Below are positions 56,683 to 64,000 of a stretch of 64,000 nt of DNA, in pieces. The notes below the pieces were generated by a model. That model saw nothing but the letters and a program-made list of their open reading frames with translations. It ran no database searches and was not told the origin of the DNA. Position 1 is the stretch's first letter. Each line of letters opens with the position of its first letter. The DNA comes from Paraspadella gotoi (Eukaryota; Animalia; Chaetognatha), in assembly GCA_051294375.1 (NCBI GenBank), contig CM119268.1, positions 2,276,232-2,340,231 of the forward strand, given 5' to 3'. A program made the translations under genes and the position numbers.

Positions 56683-56721
<39 letters not shown>

Positions 56722-57537
56722 AACAGATTCGTTGATGATTCATTACTTAAGAATATCATTATTTTTTTTCAAATCTTTTTTTTAAGATTTAAGCGGATCT
56801 TCTTTTTTCCTTTTATGCCTTAAAATTAAAGTTGCGACCGAAAACGAAGATATTTTCGAGAAAGACAATTTCTTTCTTTAATTCTTTCTTTTTTAATTCT
56901 TTTCTTTCAATTCTTTCTTTTAATTTCTTTCTTTTTATTCTTTCTTTTAATAATTCTTTCTTTTTAATATTTCTTTTTAACTTATAATTTTCGCCCTTCG
57001 TTTAGTTTTTAAATTTTTTTTAAAGAAATAAATAAATAATATTTAAATACATCGAATTAGAATTCTTGTCTGTTTCTTATTTCATCGACTGTTCTCGAGA
57101 CACGCCCGATATTTTTTTGTACAGATGCGACACCTTTAGTCTCTCCGAATTTACAGATGCGACCCCCTCTACCCGTCAAAACTAAGACAGGCAGATGAGG
57201 CCAGAGAAGCTCGTTTATCGTCCCCTACCCCTTCTCCAGCCCCGCGAAACCCCTGCCAAAAATAAAGCGGAGAGGTGAGGCCCAATATAATAAACCGCGG
57301 ATTGTCTCGGGTAAGTTTCGAGAGTCTCCTGTCAATTCAACCAGGAAAGGCGTGATTTTCGATCCTCTGGGTGAGGTCGACTCTTTCGATTTTCGGTGTG
57401 AGGAACCAGTTCGCTCCGGCGACTTTCAAAAACGACGACGATAACGACGACGACGACGACAACCATGACAGCCAAGACGTTTCGAGATCCAAGTCCTAGC
57501 GTCGATTAAACCGACAACGACGTCACAATCGAGAGAA
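50515..57537 (-). pseudogene. Tandem second copy of 43476-50489 (insc exons 1-5, part of exon 6 and upstream DNA) with many frameshifts; probably an uncorrected alternate haplotype or assembly artefact rather than a true pseudogene
   Basis: Collinear with 43476-50489, including introns and splice sites. Starts right after the 25-N gap at 50490-50514. Differences are dominated by scattered 1-bp indels, as in raw long reads. Confidence 0.85.
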
Positions 57538-57760
57538 GAAGAGAGGAGAGAGAGAGAGAGCAAGAGAGAGAAGAGAGAGAGAGAAGAGAGAGAGAGAGAA
57601 GAGAAAGTAGATGGACGATTTTTTGAGGTGAATTTCGACCAAGAGTTCGAGAGAGACGAAGAAAGAAGAGTTGATCACGTGATCGGCGATCGGCGATGAA
57701 AAGACGACGAGGATGATCACGTGACCATTCAGGGGTTTTCGCGATTGTTGCCGAGGATGA

Positions 57761-57793
<33 letters not shown>

Positions 57794-58622
57794 AAACGAC
57801 GACGACGACGACGACGATGACGGTAAGGAAAGGGTACGTACGAATAATGAATACGACGAAGCCGTGAAGAATGAAAACGACGACGAAGACGACGATAATC
57901 CGGGCGAAGACGCCGACGAAAAAAGGGTGAGAAGGTCGAGTGAATAAAATGACGACGACGACGACGACGACGACGAAGGAAAAATGGAAAAAGGTGATTC
58001 GGTCCGTCGATTTTTCGATTTGGAGGGAAATTCGATATTTTGAGATGGCCCGGTTGGGGGGGGGAGAGAGGACGGGTTAAGTTATTTAATATATATATTA
58101 TATTATTTGAGGGAAGGGGGCGCGTGTTTTTTTGACTCATTTATAGTATTATTTTTCATGTTTTCATGTTAATTCCGGAGCAGAGTTAAACCTACTTAAT
58201 TATTGTAAATTGCGCTTAGCGACGAAAGAGAGAGAAAACGTCGCCATCGATTTGCCGGTGAACTCACGTGAACGGTGAACGGTGAACAGTGAACAGTGTG
58301 AACGAAAATTGGCGTCAGAATTGTGAACTGGAAACTTTTAATCGACGGTGAAGTAATTGATGAGTCATTGCCGTTGGAAAATGTATTGAGACTGTTTTAA
58401 TATATACACAATAGTAGATAGATTAGATATTCGTGAGCTACGTTTTAAATTTTTCGAAGTTGCTGTGAGGAGACAGGTATAAATAAAATGTTTGTTTTTT
58501 CTTTTCAAAATTAAACTTTACGGAACTGAGTGAGTGAGCCACTCCCACACACAAACTAAATATGGCCGAAAATTGATAAAATTCAAAGTTGAACGTCTCC
58601 GTCTCTCTCTCTCTCTGCTTAG

Positions 58623-58662
<40 letters not shown>

Positions 58663-58959
58663 AGAGAGAGAGAATGCGGACGCGTATAGAAGGCTCAAAA
58701 TTACGAGTGAAAAACCGATATGAGTGGGAAAAGTTCGTGAACTTTTTGTGGTCGAGAGAAACAAAAGCGATAAAAGACGAAAAAGAAGTTTTTTACAAAT
58801 CCGATTTATAATTTTTTGAGAACTTCCTTTTTTCATTTGTCGAAGTCGCGCCGTTCACGGGGATGGAGAGAAAGAGAAGATAATAGAGAGAGAGAAGAGA
58901 GAGAAGAGGACGAGAGACCAGAGAGAGATGAGAGCGTAGAGAGGAGAGATGAGAGAGAA

Positions 58960-59002
<43 letters not shown>

Positions 59003-62000
59003 ATGAGATAAGAGAGAGATTTGGTTCTCTTTCAACGCTCCCAAACAAAGAATAACAGCGTTTATACTACGAAAAAAATAAAAATAAACTCGTGAAGAAA
59101 AAAGTTGTCGTTTTAAACTTAATGTTAGATTTTTTTGAAGAGATTCACAAAAAAAAGAAAGAAAAAAAGAAAAAAAGACGAAAAAGAAAGAAAACGGCGA
59201 AAGGTTTTTTTGAGAGTTTGTGAATTGATGTTGTCCCAGAACGCGGTGTGCGTGCTCGTGTGCGCCGCTTGTGATGAAATGTATGGCGTGGACTCTGGCT
59301 TGAAGGGTGGCGTGGATGTGCGATGAAGTGTGCGTGGAAGTGTTGGCGTGAAGTTGTGAANNNNNNNNNNNNNNNNNNNNNNNNNAGTCACCATTTGTAG
59401 TGACTCAAGTGACAAATATTTTGAGCAAAAAATATTGAGGCAATTTTTCTTTAGAAACAAAAAAAGGTTATAATCCAAAAATAAAATAAACCATAACGAA
59501 AGTCATAACAATAGTAAAAACCAAAAAGAGAAAAAACAATAGCAATTCAATGGTCAATGTTCAAGTGAGTGAGGTGTGAAACCTGACCCAAGTCAGGTGG
59601 TTCGAATAATGGGCAGTGAACTTGATCGTCGTTGTTGTGGTCGTTTGTTGTTGTTGTTGTCATCGTCACTTGAGCTGCTAACAAACTTTCGTTTTTAAAA
59701 ACTGAAAGATTTTAGAACAAAATTTATCCGGTTTGCACATTAGATTTCGAGTAATTCTTATTTAATTTTTAATATTTTATTGTATACATATTCTCTCTTT
59801 TCCACGACCTTACCTTTCACTCAGCTTTTTCTAAAGTTATCGAGGCCACCAGACCCAGAGTTTGTAACTGGATCCTTTCCCTCCTACGCAGAGGAAGAAA
59901 AGAAAAAAAGATCGACCATGGGTTCGAATCCAGTTTCATCCGGATGGATTTTTCCCAAATTCTGCCTTCATCCCAAATATTCTTCGGGAATATTTAAAAT
60001 TATTTTGCGTTAAAAAATAATCATAATAGGTTTCGTATATGGGTACAAACTTTCCAGAACAAAGCTAAAAAAGTTAGGGTAGTTCTTCATGACAAAAGAA
60101 AAAAAGCATAGCATGAGCAAAAAAAAAAAAAAAAGTGATTTTCTTTACAGAAAGATTTGAGCATCGGATTAATTAGAAATGGAATCGGAAGCTTAATTAT
60201 TTTAAGAAAGGAATGTAGTGAGCGTTTCCAAAATTCACATTGGTAAAAAAATAAAGATTTAGAGCGAGGTTGCTTATCCTAAAATGGATTTCGTCACTCA
60301 AAATAAGCTGGATGCAAGTTGCATTGTTTAATAATATATTGAGTATTGATTTCAACAAAATACGTAATTTATAATCTAAAAAAAAACAAAAAAAACCGTA
60401 AACAAGTTTCGTATAAAAATCCTTACAAAGAATAAAGATATATTAAGAAGTCGTGTAAAACAATTTAACTTAAAAAATTCATATCTTTCTTAAATCATTT
60501 TTTACTTTCCCGCATCTTCATTGAATAGGCATTGTCAGGGCAGTGATTTCTATCAAGGAATTTCAGCAAAAAACCACTTTGCAATATTGCTAGAATATTA
60601 CCTACAAAATTAATTAAATTTGAACCCGAAGACAAAGTGGGCTGACTACGGATTAATTGAAATCATCTGCAGCATTTTTTAATCAAGAATCAATATCATT
60701 TTTGCTACTTTTAATAAAAAAAATTATGTCCTTTTTGTCCATTTTGACTTTTGTCTGAGATTTTGAATGACAAGATGGTTGAGAAAAATTTTTTATTTCG
60801 GTTTTCGGGTCCTTTTTATCTTCCTTACCTCTGAGTCAGTTCATATTCAATTGAAAATATATTGTTTGCCTTTGAATTAATTTTAAAATTGACTAGTCAA
60901 AAACTCACATTTTTAGTTTTTATTACAATTTTTGTAAACAAAAATAATTTGATTTACTTACAATTCTAGGCAAATATTCCTATTCAACTGAGCTTCCAAC
61001 ACCTAAAAAATTATAGCAAAAATATTCAATACTTGGCTGTAAAAAAAAATTTAAGCCGACTTTTAATTTGTGAGTTTTTGTGAGGTGAATTTTTTTAAAA
61101 ACTAAAAACTCGTTTTTGAACTATTTTATAGTTTCATCGATGAGAAACACACTAATGTTCAAGTTTTAAAAAAACCGCATTCTTTTAATGATCATAGGGA
61201 GCTTCAGGACATTTTTTTCTCCCAATCGACACGTTTTTGCGGAAAAAAAAATTTCTCGCAAAAACTGTCGATTATTTTAAATTCTGCAGGCAACAAAATA
61301 TTCCACTAAAATCTTGCACTTACCCTATTTTTTTCTTACAATACTTTGAAAGATTTGAAAATAGTGAGAAGGAGAAAAAGATAAGAGAAGCAAAGTACTG
61401 GGTGAAAAAAAAGGGCAGGGAGAGGAGAACAAGTGGAAAAAAAATATTATATGATGAGAAGAGGAGGAACGAGATTGATTAAGAGAAAAGAAAAAACAAA
61501 GAAAGAAGGAGAAGAGATCAGAGAGGAGAGAAAAGCAGAGATAGAGCGGAGGGAAATAAGTAAAGGAAGAAAATAATGTGATGACACAGATAATTATGAG
61601 GAGAGAAAAGTAAGAGAAAGGGAGAAAACAGAGAGAAAGAGAGAGGGACAGAGAGAAGTTCAAAGAGAAAAGTAAATAAGAAAAGAGGATAGAAAAAAGG
61701 GAAAAAAGTTTTATACTATAGCATGCCGTTTTTTCTGCCTAAGCGAGTACTATATCTAAACATAGTACAGATCTAGAATTTAATCTTCTAAAAGTGGTCT
61801 TACATTGAAAAATCGTTTTTAATTTCTTTTTAATTAGGATGATACCGTATTTGGAATGATCGTCGTAAAAGAAATCAGTGTCTTACCGTATTTGAAAAGC
61901 AATAGAAATTTCACCCAGTAGACTTCTATGTTATAAAGAGAAGAAGATAACTATAAACCAACCGTTTTTTTTTAAATAAAGGGTGTTTCATATTTATCAG

Positions 62001-63714
62001 TGGGAAAAAAAGAATAATAGTTAGTAAATTCCAATTCATTGTTGAAAATACCCAATAGAAATCCTGCCAGGGTAAGTAGTCATGAAATTCCAGCTTAGTC
62101 TTTGAAAAAAAAAATCCGGATTTCAGGAGATGAAAGTAATAAAAAATCTTGGCTTCGATGAATTAAGATTCAGAGTCGAACCTTTTTTTTTTCTATCGCG
62201 ACGAAAACGAGGCCAAAAAAAAAAAGAAAAAAAAAAAAAAGGTAAACAATATGAAAAGCGGTCGAGCCCTTGGATGTAAAGTGCCAACTAATTTCGAGGA
62301 AAATAAGTCCTGAAATATTTATAAACGTTTGGGAATTCGCAGTAAAACTTTCAGATTTTGAAAGCGATAAAAATATGTAAAGAGTACAATTTTTTACTTT
62401 TCAAATAACTAAATACGAATTCAAATTAGCCTTTCGAGAGCTCAGTTCACACTCAAGTAGAACATCACAAAAAATTATCATCATCATCATCGATCATCGT
62501 ATCGTCATCGTCATCTCGTCGTAGTCGTCTGAAGACTTTGAGATGGACATAAGCTCGCCACCTGCTTCGTTGCCTTGGGGGTTCGTGGCGCCTTCATCCC
62601 TTAACAAAATAATATTGTTTTATTATTTCAACTTTATTTACGTTTAACTTTTTCTAACTTTAACTTTTCATTCATATTCTCATTTTTATAATCCTTGGAT
62701 TTTCATCGTGCTCATAATTTCTCCGGTTTTTGTTTACACTTTAACGCAGTACATTTCAACGAAATTTTTTTTTTTTCCCCATTTCATTTTCTCTTCGAGT
62801 TCGATATTTCACTTTTCTTTTTTCAAAAAACTTTTTTTGGCGCCTTTCGTTAAATGTCAGCGAAAACAAAGAGAAAATGAGGTGAACTTGTGATTTTCAG
62901 GGTTGCAGAGGAGCTGTTCCACGAAGAGGTCTGACTAAAAATATTAGCAATATATGTCGATTTAATTCTATGCAAAATTTTTAAATTAAAAAACTTGAGA
63001 TATATAATTTTTTTAGTTTAGTGAGAAGCTTTTAAGTGTTGATTTAAAGTTATCAGTAATATTTAAACACATCACGAAAGCCTGTATAACTTTTTTTCCT
63101 ACTTTTTCTTTTTAACCATTTTTGTGCGATAGAATGATATACGTAGCTAAAGTTTTGATGTTTCCCTCGGGCTAAACCTTTTTCTGATGTTATTGGATTT
63201 CCGGACTGTGGCCGTAAACTTCTTACGAGAAATCCCTTTATAGACGAAAACCTTCTCAGTTGTTAATTGTTCTCAGTTATTAATCACTCGCAAAAAAAAA
63301 TCCGTTTTTTTAAAAGTAGATATAATTTTAAAGAGAAAAACATTTTAGAGAACCGTAAGCTAAGTAAGCGAAGTTTGTTCTGTGAGGATAAAATTCACTT
63401 GGAACGTTTGTGAAAAAATTGAAGCGACGATTTCGACGACTAATGAAGTTTGGCGTTATCACAGCCGGGGGAAAATAAATTCACCGTGAATTCGTTTTGA
63501 GGTTTAAATGTCGCGATCCGAGTTAAATAACTGCCAACATCTTTGCGGCGTACAACGAGCAATTACCTCCGAACCTGTGGGTTTCAATGTAACCGATAAA
63601 TCGAGCAAAATTCTGTTGATAAAAAAAATAATTTTTTCTCTCAGTTCCGAAAGCTTTTTTGAAGAGCTTCTTCGTTGAGTGATTTTTACCCAGTGAAGAG
63701 AGAGAGAGAGAGAC

Positions 63715-63749
<35 letters not shown>

Positions 63750-63874
63750 AGAGAGAGACGATTAACGGACGACGAATATGACGAAGGGGCAACAGGAAGG
63801 AAACTCCAAGACGGTTAAGAATACGAAGCGCGATCACTGACGACGTAGTCGATGATTGGCCCTCGAGGAGAGAG

Positions 63875-63911
<37 letters not shown>

Positions 63912-64000
63912 GAGCAGGGGGAGAGAAGAGCAAGATGAGAGAGAGAGAGAGAGAGAGAGAGAGTCAAAAAACATCGATTCGGGATGACCCTCCTTGAGAC

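Noticed and set aside
59230-59360. Thr-Pro-containing minus-strand frame as an upstream insc exon
   Set aside because: Abuts a 25-N gap in noisy sequence, and there is no convincing donor site.
46080-59360. Nested skittles/PIP5K gene as in the Drosophila insc intron
   Set aside because: No PIP5K-like exon is visible and the introns here are short; it cannot be excluded outside the window.
59950-61330. AT-rich, microsatellite-free block resembling another DNA-transposon interior
   Set aside because: No convincing TIR pair or TSD found.

Overview
Eukaryotic (animal) genomic DNA, very rich in (GA/TC)n and other microsatellites; probably an arthropod, possibly a crustacean (inference from repeat content and protein style only). 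Almost all ORFs in the track are microsatellite or low-complexity artefacts. One real gene is reconstructable: a minus-strand, 8-exon inscuteable (insc) orthologue at about 42232-48546. All its introns are GT-AG with matching phases. It carries the Pins/LGN-binding motif (SVSRWLQETRVSTETECMCILQSKSI), ARM-like repeats and the C-terminal PDZ-binding motif QESFV, and is unusually long (at least about 1350 aa) because of large low-complexity inserts. A 7-kb indel-riddled second copy (50515-57537) follows a 25-N gap. Together with other direct and inverted duplications next to 25-N gaps, it most likely reflects alternate haplotypes or long-read gap-filling artefacts. Bases 1-42 kb contain no recognisable coding exon. 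They hold a DINE-1/HINE-like (Helentron-derived) repeat family, a 2.27-kb non-autonomous TIR element with a 4-bp TSD, a MITE family with telomere-like internal repeats, a probable tRNA-derived SINE, minisatellites and CTCF-consensus motifs. I found no convincing wholly new biological system. The best leads are the expanded Insc architecture (possible cassette exon and repeat exonisation) and the transposon families.
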